64,000 bases of DNA from Leptospirillia bacterium. Lineage in GTDB: Bacteria; Nitrospirota; JACRHL01. Every line of letters starts with the position of its first letter. Positions within the stretch are counted from its first letter, which is position 1. A model generated the notes under the pieces. That model searched no databases. It saw nothing but the letters and a program-made list of their open reading frames with translations, and was not told where the DNA came from. The stretch covers positions 1,190 through 65,189 of the forward strand of contig JBHHVE010000013.1 in assembly GCA_046754085.1 (NCBI GenBank), read 5' to 3'. The translations under genes were made by a program, and so were the position numbers. This document shows, in pieces, positions 28,594 through 38,343 of this stretch.

Positions 28594-29643
28594 GTGCGGT
28601 CCCGCGGCCGCATCGGCGCCGCGGCGCAACTGACCGCAGGCCGCCAGAATGTCCGGCCCCCGGGACTTTCTTAAAAACGTCCGCAGCCCCGAGTCCCGCA
28701 ACACCTTCTGGAAGGCCAGGGCGGTGTCCTCGTCCGGGCGCTCGTAGGGGGCCCCCGGAATCGGATTCATGGTCATCAGGTTGACCTTGCAGCGCACCCC
28801 ATGCACCCGCCGTACCAGCTCCTTGGCGTCCGCCCGGCTGTCGTTCAGGCCTTTGATCAGGAGGTACTCGAACAGGATGCTGCGCCGGGGCAGCAGGGGA
28901 TAGTTGCGGCACGCCTCAAACAACGTGTCAAGCGGCCATTTGTCCGCCACCACCGGGATCAACTGGCGGCGCACTTCATCGGTGGCGCCCCCCAGGGAGA
29001 TCGCCAGGTTGACGTAGGGGGCGCGCTTGCCCAACTCCGCCATCTGCGGCACCAGACCGACGGTGGAGACGGTCATGCGGCGTGCCGGAAGGGAAATACC
29101 CTCCCGGTCCACCAGCCGGTCCAGGGCCGGAATCACCGCCCCCAGGTTCGCCAGCGGCTCTCCCATGCCCATCATCACCATGTTCAGAATGGGTGGGTCG
29201 GACGGGGCCAGGCGGCGCACCTCAAGGAACTGCTCAACGATCTCCCAGGCCGCCAGATTACGCCGCAATCCGCCCCGGGCGGTCAGGCAGAAACCGCACC
29301 CCATGGCGCACCCCACCTGGGTGGAGATGCACAGGGTGGCGCGATCCGCCTCGGGAATCCACACCGTCTCCACGGTCTCCCCGTCCGGCAATAAAAACAG
29401 GTATTTACGCGTTCCATCACTGGAAACCTGCTCCCGGTCCAGGACGATCCGGGGCATCTCGGCGCGGGCCGCCAGTTTCTCCCGCAGGGGTTTGCCGAAA
29501 TCGGTCATCTGATCGAACGAAACCGCCCCCTGCCGGTAAATCCAGCGGTAAAGCTGTCTGGCGCGGTAGGGCCGATCGCCCAATTCCTCGAAAAACGCCG
29601 TCAATTCGTCCAGCGATGCATTCTTGACGTTGAAAAGCTCCAT
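28561..29643 (-). CDS. rlmN: 23S rRNA A2503/tRNA A37 C2-methyltransferase RlmN
   Basis: CISTQVGCAMGCGFC, MGMGEPL, AACGQL. Confidence 0.97.
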   Translation of the reverse strand: MELFNVKNASLDELTAFFEELGDRPYRARQLYRWIYRQGAVSFDQMTDFGKPLREKLAARAEMPRIVLDREQVSSDGTRKYLFLLPDGETVETVWIPEADRATLCISTQVGCAMGCGFCLTARGGLRRNLAAWEIVEQFLEVRRLAPSDPPILNMVMMGMGEPLANLGAVIPALDRLVDREGISLPARRMTVSTVGLVPQMAELGKRAPYVNLAISLGGATDEVRRQLIPVVADKWPLDTLFEACRNYPLLPRRSILFEYLLIKGLNDSRADAKELVRRVHGVRCKVNLMTMNPIPGAPYERPDEDTALAFQKVLRDSGLRTFLRKSRGPDILAACGQLRRGADAAAGPHLNLAVNQHPQ

Positions 29644-29702
29644 GAGCGGCTCAGATTACCATGGCCGGTGCTCCCCGGATACCTGGCTGAATGCCGTCAG
29701 CG

Positions 29703-29732
29703 CTAATGGAAAGCGGGGTTTACGGCCGATAT
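29703..29732 (+). promoter_or_regulatory. Possible sigma28-type promoter of the PATAN/GGDEF/zap unit
   Basis: CTAATG-N16-GCCGATAT. Confidence 0.4.
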
Positions 29733-29799
29733 GATGAGGATAGGCGTGGTGGTGCCCGGACGGCCCGGAACACCGCCATGCCGGTCTTGAGGCGTTAAT

Positions 29800-30756
29800 A
29801 TGACCCAAACGCAGCAGGTGCTGCTTATCGATCCCTCCCCGGCAGCCCTCCTGCTGGTGGACCGCCTGCGCGAGCTGGGGGTAGCGTGCGCCGTCGCCCA
29901 CGGCCTGCACGACGCCATGGTGCAGGCCATCCTCAGAAACCCGAAGGTGATCGTGGCCGACCTGTCCCGCGCAGGCGACACCGGGGAAGAGTGCCGGCGG
30001 CGCCTGACGGAAATCCCTCACTTTGAGACCACCGCGTTTGTCAACGTGGGCAAACAGGGGGAAGCCCCCGTCGCCGCCGAGGTGGAAATCGCCTTGCATC
30101 GGGTGGCGGCGACCCTCAACCTGCCCGTGGGCGACACCGACCAGGAGGTGCCGGATACCCCGACGGAGGCCACGCTGGAAACCGCGCTCCCGGCCAACGA
30201 CCCGTCACTCCGGGAAGCATCACCCCTGCCGGAACCGCCTGCCCCGGCCTCGCCATCTCAGGACGCCCCGACCGCCACCAACCGCAAGCTGACCGACTCC
30301 CTGCGGCAACTGGCGGCCGACTCCGCCAGCGTGACCCTGATGGTCCGTACCGCCGGTACCGCCTTCGGCGAGGTGATGGTCAGAAACGGCCAACCTCTGC
30401 ACGCGGTGACCTGGGACGGACTGACCGGCCCCGCGGCGTTTCGGGAGATTCTGTCGTGGGAGGCGGACCGGATCGATACCGGGCCGGAACCCAGGATCGA
30501 AACCCCCGATACCCTTTCCGGCGCCCCGTCCGGTGCCGCCCCGGCAGACCGGGAGATTCCTGAACCGGACGCTGATTACGCTGGTGAAGCCCCCCGGGTA
30601 CCGCCCCCCCACCCCGAACCCGCTGATGCCGCAGCCCAGCCTCCGGCGGCCGCGCCGCCCGCACCGGCCAGCGGAACCCCGGCGGCTGAGGATGGCTTTA
30701 ACGTCCTGCTCGAACAGCTTGAAGCGGTGGGCGTAGTGCGCAAGGTGACCCCGTGA
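29800..30756 (+). CDS. Atypical receiver + DUF4388/PATAN domain protein with Pro-rich linkers
   Basis: VLLIDPS..PKVIVAD REC-like N-terminus; LTDSLRQL..GEVMVRNGQPLHA..LTGPAAFREILSW. Confidence 0.65.
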   Translation: MTQTQQVLLIDPSPAALLLVDRLRELGVACAVAHGLHDAMVQAILRNPKVIVADLSRAGDTGEECRRRLTEIPHFETTAFVNVGKQGEAPVAAEVEIALHRVAATLNLPVGDTDQEVPDTPTEATLETALPANDPSLREASPLPEPPAPASPSQDAPTATNRKLTDSLRQLAADSASVTLMVRTAGTAFGEVMVRNGQPLHAVTWDGLTGPAAFREILSWEADRIDTGPEPRIETPDTLSGAPSGAAPADREIPEPDADYAGEAPRVPPPHPEPADAAAQPPAAAPPAPASGTPAAEDGFNVLLEQLEAVGVVRKVTP

Positions 30757-31568
30757 ACCTTTCCCCCGAAGCCACCCATACGGAGATCGGCAGCGACCTG
30801 CTCCACACCGTTATCATCGGGGGCGGACCGGAGTCCCTTTCCTGGGTTCCGCGCCTGTTCCGCGACCCCCAAATCAATCTGCTGGGGGTGGTGTCCACCC
30901 ACCCGGAAGACATGATCCTCAATCTGGACCGAATGGGATACGCCCTGACCGACCCGTGCCCCCTGAGCGTGTACCCGGACATTGCCGCCCTGGTCGAATT
31001 GCCCCACATCAACCTGATGATCGACACCACCGCGGACCCCGGCATCATCCGGCACCTGGCCGAGAGCGGCCTGGAGGAGATTCCCCGGGTCAACGGCCCG
31101 GCCTTGGAACTGGTGCTGGCCCGGCCCCCCGCAGCCCCGCACCCGACCGACACCACCGGGTTTCCGGAGCGCCTCGCCCGGGAGGTGGGACGCGCCTACC
31201 GCCACGGTCGCCCGGTGGGGGTGATCCGCGTCCGCATCGACGCCCCGGACGGGCCGTTGTCCACAGGGACAATCAAAACCGTCAACGATGTTATTGAGCA
31301 ATCCCTGAGGCTTGAGGACGTGATTGAAAGTCAGCGGGACGGAAGCTTTACCGTATTGCTTCCGGAAACCGGCAACGCCACCCACCATGTGGCCAACCGA
31401 TTGACTTCACACCTGGCCAATCTTAAAATTCGCACAGAAGGTGGCGGTGCCGCACAGCTGCATGAGTCAGTGGGTTGGGCCTGGTTTCCCCAGGATGCCA
31501 AAACCGCTCAGGCACTCCTCGATCAGGCGGATGCACGCATGGGGGTGCCGTCCCCACCAGAGGAGTAA
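30753..31568 (+). CDS. Rossmann-like + degenerate GGDEF domain protein
   Basis: IIGGG..LLGVV N-terminal domain; RLAREVGRAYRHGRPVGV, RLED I-site, RDGSF in place of GGDEF, SVGWAWFPQDA..LLDQADARM. Confidence 0.7.
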   Translation: MNLSPEATHTEIGSDLLHTVIIGGGPESLSWVPRLFRDPQINLLGVVSTHPEDMILNLDRMGYALTDPCPLSVYPDIAALVELPHINLMIDTTADPGIIRHLAESGLEEIPRVNGPALELVLARPPAAPHPTDTTGFPERLAREVGRAYRHGRPVGVIRVRIDAPDGPLSTGTIKTVNDVIEQSLRLEDVIESQRDGSFTVLLPETGNATHHVANRLTSHLANLKIRTEGGGAAQLHESVGWAWFPQDAKTAQALLDQADARMGVPSPPEE

Positions 31569-31609
31569 CCACCCACCCGGCCACAGAACATGAGAAAGAC
31601 GAGGCGCGC

Positions 31610-31993
31610 ATGGACCGAATCGACCTGCTTGAGTCCAAGGTAAGGGAAACGATCGCCACGGTTCAGCAACTGCGCGATGAAAACCAGGCGCTCAAGACCC
31701 AGATCGCCGAGTGGGAAGAAAAAGCCAACGCCCTGTCCGGCGAGCGCTCCATGCTCGACAACGAACGCTCGGAGGTGCGCGACCGCATCGAGCAACTGCT
31801 CGGCGACCTCGAAAACGTCACCCTTGAGAACAACCCGCCGGAGGCACGCCAGATGGCGGACGACTCATCCAACGCATCCCCCGAAGCTGACGCAGCGGCC
31901 ACCGGCGAGGGCCCGGACTCATTGGAGGCCGGCGCCTCGCAAGCGGAGGACGCCCGTCTCCCTGAAAACCGGGTTCTCCCCGGCCTCGGTTAA
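31610..31993 (+). CDS. zapB: Cell division protein ZapB-like coiled coil with acidic tail
   Basis: MDRIDLLESKVRETIATVQQLRDEN...RDRIEQLLGDL; directly upstream of zapA. Confidence 0.7.
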   Translation: MDRIDLLESKVRETIATVQQLRDENQALKTQIAEWEEKANALSGERSMLDNERSEVRDRIEQLLGDLENVTLENNPPEARQMADDSSNASPEADAAATGEGPDSLEAGASQAEDARLPENRVLPGLG

Positions 31994-31996
31994 CAC

Positions 31997-32395
31997 TTGG
32001 CCCAGGATTCTCAAGACCCGAACCGCGACGGGTCGGCCACCCGCGTCCACATTTTCGGCCACACCCTCACCATCAAGGGGGCGTCCAACGCCGATTACAT
32101 GCAGTCGCTGGCGGCCTTCGTCAGCGATCACATGGAGCGACTCTCCAAGGCCTCTCCGCTGACGCCGCAACCCCAGGTGGCCATGCTCGCGGCCCTCAAC
32201 ATCGCCCACGAGCTGTTTGAGCTACGCGCCCGCATGGATGCCCGCGAGGCGGACCTGGACAACCGCGCCCGCCACCTTCTGGAAAGCCTCGATGCGGAGG
32301 TGACGAAGTTATCGGATGCGAGCCCTCCCGAACAGCATCCCGACGACACGGCCACCGAGCAGGCCGAGCAGGGCGCCTCTAAATACAACGTCTGA
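31997..32395 (+). CDS. zapA: Cell division protein ZapA
   Basis: VHIFGHTLTI..LAAFVSDHM..AMLAALNIAHEL. Confidence 0.88.
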   Translation: MAQDSQDPNRDGSATRVHIFGHTLTIKGASNADYMQSLAAFVSDHMERLSKASPLTPQPQVAMLAALNIAHELFELRARMDAREADLDNRARHLLESLDAEVTKLSDASPPEQHPDDTATEQAEQGASKYNV

Positions 32396-32404
32396 CCGAA
32401 GCCC

Positions 32405-33583
32405 TTGAATCCCGACCTCAAAAAGCTGCCCGCCTACCCGTTCGAACGGTTGCGCCACCTGCTGGAAGGCGTCACCCCCCCGGACCTGCCACACATCTCC
32501 ATGGGCATCGGCGAGCCGCGCCGAGCCGCCCCCGCGGTGTTTCTGGAGGCGCTGGCCAAGGCCAGCGCGGATTTTTCCCGCTACCCCACCACCCAGGGCA
32601 GTGCGGAACTGCGCGCCGCCATCGCCGAGTGGCTGAGCCGCCGCTTCCACCTGCCCGAAGTAAACCCGGACACCCAGGTGGTGCCGTGCTCAGGAACCCG
32701 CGAGGCGCTGTTCTCCATCGCTCAGGCGGCAGTGGGGGCGAAGGGCAAGGACCGGGTACTGGTGCCAAACCCGTTCTATCAGATTTACAAGGGCGCCGCC
32801 CTGTGGTCGGGGGCGACCCCGACGTACGTTCCGGCCCTGGCCGAAAACAATTTTTTGCCCGACTACGCCGGACTGCCGGCCGAGGTGCTCGATCGTACCG
32901 CCATGCTTTACCTGTGTACCCCCGCCAACCCCACCGGGGCGGTAGCGACGATGGGGTACATGGAACGGCTGATCGAGCTGGCCGAGCGCCACGATTTTCT
33001 GATCGTCTCGGACGAGTGCTACTCGGAAATCTACCCGGATGAGGCGATGCCGCCGCCGGGGATTCTGGAGGCCGCCCACCGGAGTGGCAACACCGGCTTT
33101 TCCCGCTGCCTTGCGTTCCACTCCCTGTCCAAGCGCTCCAACCTGCCCGGTGCCCGCTCCGGCTTTGTGGCGGGTGACGCGGAACGGCTTGCCGCCTACC
33201 TCAGACTGCGCACCTATACCGGCTGCACCATTCCGCTGCCGATCCAGACCGCCTCTGCCGCCACCTGGCGCGACGAAGCCCATGTGGCGGCGGGACGGGC
33301 GGACTACCGGGAAAATTTCCGGGTGGTCGGCGATATCCTCTCGCCGGTGCTGCCGTTACACGTCCCGGACGCGGGCTTTTACCTGTGGCTGGAAGTCCCG
33401 GATGGCGGCGAAGCGTTCTCGCGCAAGGTGTTCGAACGGTGTAACATGACCGTCCTCCCCGGCGCGTATCTGGCGCAAACGGTCGATGGCGAAAACCCCG
33501 CCGACCGCTACGTCCGCATGGCGCTGGTGGATACCCCCGCTCGCTGTGCCGAAGCGGCCCGGCGCATTCTCGACGTCCTGTAA
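32405..33583 (+). CDS. dapC: Succinyldiaminopimelate aminotransferase
   Basis: [49 protein letters not shown]. Confidence 0.9.
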   Translation: MNPDLKKLPAYPFERLRHLLEGVTPPDLPHISMGIGEPRRAAPAVFLEALAKASADFSRYPTTQGSAELRAAIAEWLSRRFHLPEVNPDTQVVPCSGTREALFSIAQAAVGAKGKDRVLVPNPFYQIYKGAALWSGATPTYVPALAENNFLPDYAGLPAEVLDRTAMLYLCTPANPTGAVATMGYMERLIELAERHDFLIVSDECYSEIYPDEAMPPPGILEAAHRSGNTGFSRCLAFHSLSKRSNLPGARSGFVAGDAERLAAYLRLRTYTGCTIPLPIQTASAATWRDEAHVAAGRADYRENFRVVGDILSPVLPLHVPDAGFYLWLEVPDGGEAFSRKVFERCNMTVLPGAYLAQTVDGENPADRYVRMALVDTPARCAEAARRILDVL

Positions 33584-33678
33584 GGCCCGCGGGCCGCTAC
33601 AGATGGCCCGGGTTGCGTCCCGCCCCGGCCCAATGCGGGATATTTTATCGAATTTACAAAGAGTTGGAGACGGTCACG

Positions 33679-34503
33679 GTGCAGGATATTCAGAAGGTCA
33701 TCGAACAGGCGTGGGACAACCGCGATAACTACGGCCCGGACAAGGTCGATGGCGACGTGGAGCGCGCCGTGCTTGCCGCCATCGACATGATGGACCGGGG
33801 CGAAGCCCGTGTGGCCGCCCCCGAAGGCGACACCTGGGCGGTGAACGCCTGGCTCAAGAAGGCTGTGCTGCTCTACTTCAAGATCCACAACAACACCCTG
33901 ATGGGCGACGACAACGCACGCTACTTCGACAAGGTGCCGCTCAAATACGCCGGCTACAGCGCAGACGACTTCAAGCGCGACGGCGTGCGGGTGGTGCCCC
34001 CGGCCACCGTGCGCAAGGGTGCCTACATCGCCCCCAGCTGCATTCTGATGCCCAGCTATACCAACATCGGCGCTTATGTGGACGAGGGCACCCTGGTGGA
34101 CACCTGGGCCACGGTGGGCTCCTGCGCCCAGATCGGCAAGCGCGTGCATCTGTCCGGCGGCACCGGCATCGGCGGCGTGCTGGAGCCGTTGCAGGCAAAT
34201 CCGGTGATTATCGAGGACGACTGCTTCATCGGCGCCCGCTCGGAGATCGCCGAGGGGGTGGTGGTGGAAAAGGGCGCGGTGATTTCCATGGGTGTCTACA
34301 TCGGCGCCTCCACCAAGATCGTCAACCGCGATACCGGCGAGGTCACCATGGGACGGGTGCCGGCCTACTCGGTGGTGGTGCCGGGCACCCTTCCCGCCAA
34401 GGAGGACGGCAAGCCGGGCCTCTACTGCGCGGTGATCGTCAAGCAGGTGGACGAGCGCACCCGCTCCAAAACCAGCATCAACGACCTCCTGCGGGAATTC
34501 TAG
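33679..34503 (+). CDS. dapD: Tetrahydrodipicolinate N-succinyltransferase
   Basis: [55 protein letters not shown]. Confidence 0.97.
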   Translation: MQDIQKVIEQAWDNRDNYGPDKVDGDVERAVLAAIDMMDRGEARVAAPEGDTWAVNAWLKKAVLLYFKIHNNTLMGDDNARYFDKVPLKYAGYSADDFKRDGVRVVPPATVRKGAYIAPSCILMPSYTNIGAYVDEGTLVDTWATVGSCAQIGKRVHLSGGTGIGGVLEPLQANPVIIEDDCFIGARSEIAEGVVVEKGAVISMGVYIGASTKIVNRDTGEVTMGRVPAYSVVVPGTLPAKEDGKPGLYCAVIVKQVDERTRSKTSINDLLREF

Positions 34504-34537
34504 TGGGCGCGGCCCACTGCGGTCATGGCCATGACCG
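34502..34537. repeat. Two adjacent inverted repeats after dapD
   Basis: AGTGGGC-GCG-GCCCACT (34502-34518) and the perfect 18-bp palindrome CGGTCATGGCCATGACCG (34520-34537). Confidence 0.6.
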
Positions 34538-34611
34538 GCAAAGGACCTGGCGCATGCCGGGAACCGGCGAAGGGTCCGTCCGTGTGAACCCCAGCCGGGA
34601 AACCGCCTGAT

Positions 34612-34947
34612 ATGAGTCCTCTCAAGCTGGCCCGGCGTTATATGGAACTCGTGTTCGCGGGGGACGACATGAATGCCTTGCGTGACCTGATCACGGACGA
34701 TTTTATCTTTCGGGGGCCGCTGTACCGCTACGACTCGGCGGACGAATACATCGACGCCATGCGCTCAAACCCCTTGGAAGGGGCCGGTTACACCATCCTC
34801 CAGGGGTTTGAAAACGACACCGCCGCCTGCCTGGTTTACCAGTTCACCAAACCTGGAATCTCCACCCCCATGGCCCAGTGGTTCGAGGTGCGGGGCGGCA
34901 GGATTCAGTCGGTGCGGCTGATATTCGACTCGGCACCGTTCACCTGA
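34612..34947 (+). CDS. SnoaL/NTF2-like protein
   Basis: LARRYMELVFAGDDMNALRDLITDDFIFRGP...FEVRGGRIQSVRLIFD. Confidence 0.8.
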   Translation: MSPLKLARRYMELVFAGDDMNALRDLITDDFIFRGPLYRYDSADEYIDAMRSNPLEGAGYTILQGFENDTAACLVYQFTKPGISTPMAQWFEVRGGRIQSVRLIFDSAPFT

Positions 34948-35049
34948 CGGTTCAAATGTCCGGGCTGTTGTTGACCGGAAACCGGTGAAAAAGCTCACCC
35001 AGTCCTTGCGGAAAGCCCTCAAACAGGCCGAAATTGTTTGGGATTCAGG

Positions 35050-36735
35050 CTACTGGAGCAACGCGGAGAGGTCGATCTCGAAGGCGGCGCACGGCACCGT
35101 AATGCCCCAGTTTTCCAGCACCTCCGGCGACACCTCGCCGATCAGGCCGACTTCCATCCGATCCACCACGATGCGCCCGGCCCGGCCCGGGATGTAGGAG
35201 GCGTGATCCACCGGCTCCAGGCTGTACTCCACCCCCAGGTAGTAGCTGAGCATCTCCAGCTTGGTGGCCATTTCCGAAAAATTGGCCTCGTCGTGGGAGA
35301 TCAGCACTGCAAGGTGGGTGCGGGTGCGGCTGCCCACCTCCTCGTCGCTGTCGAACAGGGCCACCTCGCCCACCTCGAACAGGGTATGGGGATAGAATGC
35401 GTTGCCGCTGTCCCGCTCCACCCGTAAAAGAGACGGCAGCACGGCGTTTCTGAGCACACTGTAGGTGGCGGTCATGACATTGTCCACGGACACCAGCTTG
35501 GCGCCGTGCAACTCCATGTGGTCCGTCAGCCCTTCCCGGTCCACCAGCAGATTGGACAGCACCTCCTGAAAGCCCATGCCCACCATGTGCTCGCGCACCC
35601 GGTCGGACAGTCTTTCCACGGGAAGCAACCCCCCCACGGTAAAGTCGGTGGGCATCACCGCCTCGAAGGTGTCATAGCCACGGGAGATGGCAAAGTCCTC
35701 CACCACGTCCACCGGGTGCAGGATGTCGTCCCGGTAGGGCGGCGCCAGTGCCGTCACACCATCTTCCGATGTGGTGATCTCATAGCCGTAGGCGGTCAGT
35801 TCGCGAACCACTTCATCGGTAGCGAACCCCTGACCGAACACCCGGCCAAACACGTCCAGGGACACCGTCACCGGCTCGCTGAAGGCCCGCGGCATGGTTA
35901 CCTCGGTACCGAACTCGGTGGCGTCCGGATAGGCCACGATTACCGGCTCAATGTCCGCCCCCCGGTCGGCCATGTTGGCGGCCAGCATGTTGACCACCAG
36001 GGTGACCTGACGCAGGTCGGTGCCGGTCACCTCCAGGAACAGCTCGGAGTCTCCCACCTTTACCTCGCCCACATCGCGGCTGTTGATCACCGGCGGGAAC
36101 GACAGCACCGTCCCGGCATCGTCCTTCAAGAGCGGCCAGTGGGTATGGTCGGCGACGATGGGGCCGAACTGCTGCCCCTTGGGGTGAACCTCGACGATCT
36201 GCGCCAGGGTAAGGGGTTCATCCATGCCAAGGGGCACAAAGGCCGCATCAGAGGGGGCGACCGCTTCATAACGCAGGGGGAAGGTCAGCCGGGAGGCGTC
36301 GTAAATACCGATGGCGACGCCGTGGCGCTTTCTGCCGAACACCTCGCACACCTTCTCCTGGGTTTGAATCAGCTGGGTCAGCAGGGTGTCGTCCACGGTG
36401 ACCCCGCGAGCGATGCAGGCACCGATGTAAGGCCGTACCCCGGAAACGGAGGCGTCCACGTTCAGACGCCGCCCGGCGCCCTCCTGGGGGGTGAAGAACG
36501 GGTAGTCGCGCAACTTGCCCCGGGCACGGGTGACGATCTGGCGGGTAATCCCCTCCACGCACCACAAGTCCGGGCGGTTGGTGTCGTTGAGCTCCACCCG
36601 GAGCTCGCCGGTGGCGGGGTCGAAGTCATCCAGCTCACCCTTGACGTAGGCGAGTTTGTCCTCGAATGCTTCCGGGGAGAAAGCCTCGCCGAGAAGGGCT
36701 TCCACATCGGCCTGATGTACGGTAATGGTTGGCAT
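35050..36735 (-). CDS. pheT: Phenylalanine-tRNA ligase beta subunit, archaeal/spirochaete type (561 aa)
   Basis: MPTITV, ELNDTNRPDLW, VLSFPPVINS, RDDILHPVDVVEDFAISRGY; lacks the B2 and B8 domains. Confidence 0.93.
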   Translation of the reverse strand: MPTITVHQADVEALLGEAFSPEAFEDKLAYVKGELDDFDPATGELRVELNDTNRPDLWCVEGITRQIVTRARGKLRDYPFFTPQEGAGRRLNVDASVSGVRPYIGACIARGVTVDDTLLTQLIQTQEKVCEVFGRKRHGVAIGIYDASRLTFPLRYEAVAPSDAAFVPLGMDEPLTLAQIVEVHPKGQQFGPIVADHTHWPLLKDDAGTVLSFPPVINSRDVGEVKVGDSELFLEVTGTDLRQVTLVVNMLAANMADRGADIEPVIVAYPDATEFGTEVTMPRAFSEPVTVSLDVFGRVFGQGFATDEVVRELTAYGYEITTSEDGVTALAPPYRDDILHPVDVVEDFAISRGYDTFEAVMPTDFTVGGLLPVERLSDRVREHMVGMGFQEVLSNLLVDREGLTDHMELHGAKLVSVDNVMTATYSVLRNAVLPSLLRVERDSGNAFYPHTLFEVGEVALFDSDEEVGSRTRTHLAVLISHDEANFSEMATKLEMLSYYLGVEYSLEPVDHASYIPGRAGRIVVDRMEVGLIGEVSPEVLENWGITVPCAAFEIDLSALLQ

Positions 36736-36769
36736 ATCAAATACGTGTCAAAACTGCCATATCGCCATT

Positions 36770-38332
36770 TTATCGGGTCTCCCGCAAGGTGCGGAGCAGG
36801 TCGAGGTCGCTTGAGAACAGGTCGCGAATGTCGTGAATGTGGAGCGCCATCATGGCCATGCGGTCCAGCCCCAGGCCCCAGGCAATCACCGGCACGTCGA
36901 TGCCCATGGGGCGGGTCACCTCGGGCCGGAACAGTCCGGCGCCGCCCAGTTCGATCCAGCCCAGTTTGGGGTGCTTGGCATGCATCTCCACCGACGGTTC
37001 GGTGAACGGGAAATAGGCGGGCAAAAATTTGACCTCGGTGGTGCGCGCCAGTTCCCGTGCAAATAATTTGAGCAGGCCCATCAGGGTTCGGAAGTTGATG
37101 TCGTGGCCCAGCACGATGCCTTCCACCTGGAAAAAATCGGGGGCGTGGGTGGCGTCCACCTGGTCGTAGCGGAAGCAGCGGGCGATGGAAAAGTATTTTC
37201 CCGGGTTCTCCGGCCCCTCGGCCAGCTTGTGGGCCGAGTCGGCGGTGCCTTGACTGCGCAGCACCAGCCGCCGGGTCTGCATCTCGCGAAAATCGTAGCG
37301 CCAGCCGCGGGAGCCGGTGTCGCCGCCGTCGGCGTGGGCCGCCGTCACGTTACTGAAGAACGGTTCCTCAATGGGCTTGCTGCTCTTCGGATCGGCGACG
37401 AAATAGGCGTCGTGGATATCCCGCGCCGGGTGGAACTGGGGCATGAACAGGGCGTCGTTGTTCCAGAATTCGCTCTGCACCAGGGGCGATGACATCTGCT
37501 GGAAACCCATGGCCACCATCTTGGCCTTCACCTGATCCAGGTAGGCCCGGTACGGGTGCTTGCGGCCAATGCCTTCGCGGGGGGGCCGCAAGGCGATGTT
37601 GTAGCGCCGGAACGATTTGGTCTTCCAGCTGCCGTCGGCCAGCATCTGCGCGGTCAACTGCCCCACTTCTTCGGAGGTATCGCGTCCCTTGAGCTGGCCC
37701 GCCACCTCCTTGCCGAGGCCGGAAAGGGCATAGGTGCGGGTGCGATGCTCGTCCACCCGCAACACCCCCTTGGACTTGCCGCGCTTTCGGTGCAGACCGG
37801 CCAGCAGCGCCTGATGGGGCTCGCTCAAGGCGTCCTGATCGACCTCGCCACCCGCAGCCACCTGGGCGATGAGTTCGCTGACTCCCTGAATCGGGGCAAG
37901 GTCCGCCCCCGGCACCAGCTCCAGCACGCCGCCTTCGCCCACGGTGATCACGGCACCCTTGCGCAGGGCGCCCACAGCGGTGCCGGACTCGGCCTGATCG
38001 AGGTCCAGACGCTTGGACAGCGCCGCCAGGGTGAGCTGTTCTCCGGCGGACAGAAGTTGAATAATCCGGGCCTCGGGGGTGCCGGCTTCGGCGTAGCGTT
38101 CGCCGGTTTCAGTCAACCGTACGGTGTGACGCACGCTCTCCGCCACGCACTCAACCACGCCTTTTTCCACCAGCCAGCCACAGGCCATGTCACGGCGGGC
38201 GGCATCCAGCCCGGCGGCCTCGGCCAGGGCCTCGTCGGCACCCTCCTGAAGGGTGGCAAGGGCGGTCACCACCGCTATTTCAAGCGGGTGCAGGCTGGCA
38301 ACCAGGGATTCAGCGTCGTCGGGATGGGTCAC
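36770..38332 (-). CDS. pheS: Phenylalanine-tRNA ligase alpha subunit, archaeal/spirochaete type (520 aa)
   Basis: Long N-terminal extension; FWNNDALFMPQFHPARD, DATHAPDFFQVEG, YFPFTEPS, WGLGLDR. Confidence 0.95.
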   Translation of the reverse strand: MTHPDDAESLVASLHPLEIAVVTALATLQEGADEALAEAAGLDAARRDMACGWLVEKGVVECVAESVRHTVRLTETGERYAEAGTPEARIIQLLSAGEQLTLAALSKRLDLDQAESGTAVGALRKGAVITVGEGGVLELVPGADLAPIQGVSELIAQVAAGGEVDQDALSEPHQALLAGLHRKRGKSKGVLRVDEHRTRTYALSGLGKEVAGQLKGRDTSEEVGQLTAQMLADGSWKTKSFRRYNIALRPPREGIGRKHPYRAYLDQVKAKMVAMGFQQMSSPLVQSEFWNNDALFMPQFHPARDIHDAYFVADPKSSKPIEEPFFSNVTAAHADGGDTGSRGWRYDFREMQTRRLVLRSQGTADSAHKLAEGPENPGKYFSIARCFRYDQVDATHAPDFFQVEGIVLGHDINFRTLMGLLKLFARELARTTEVKFLPAYFPFTEPSVEMHAKHPKLGWIELGGAGLFRPEVTRPMGIDVPVIAWGLGLDRMAMMALHIHDIRDLFSSDLDLLRTLRETR

Positions 38333-38343
38333 AAGATGGTTCG

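Noticed and set aside
34985-35197. Short ORF MKKLTQSLRKALKQAEIVWD resembling a gene remnant
   Set aside because: Only about 20 codons lie outside pheT, there is no RBS, and the similarity is too weak to call
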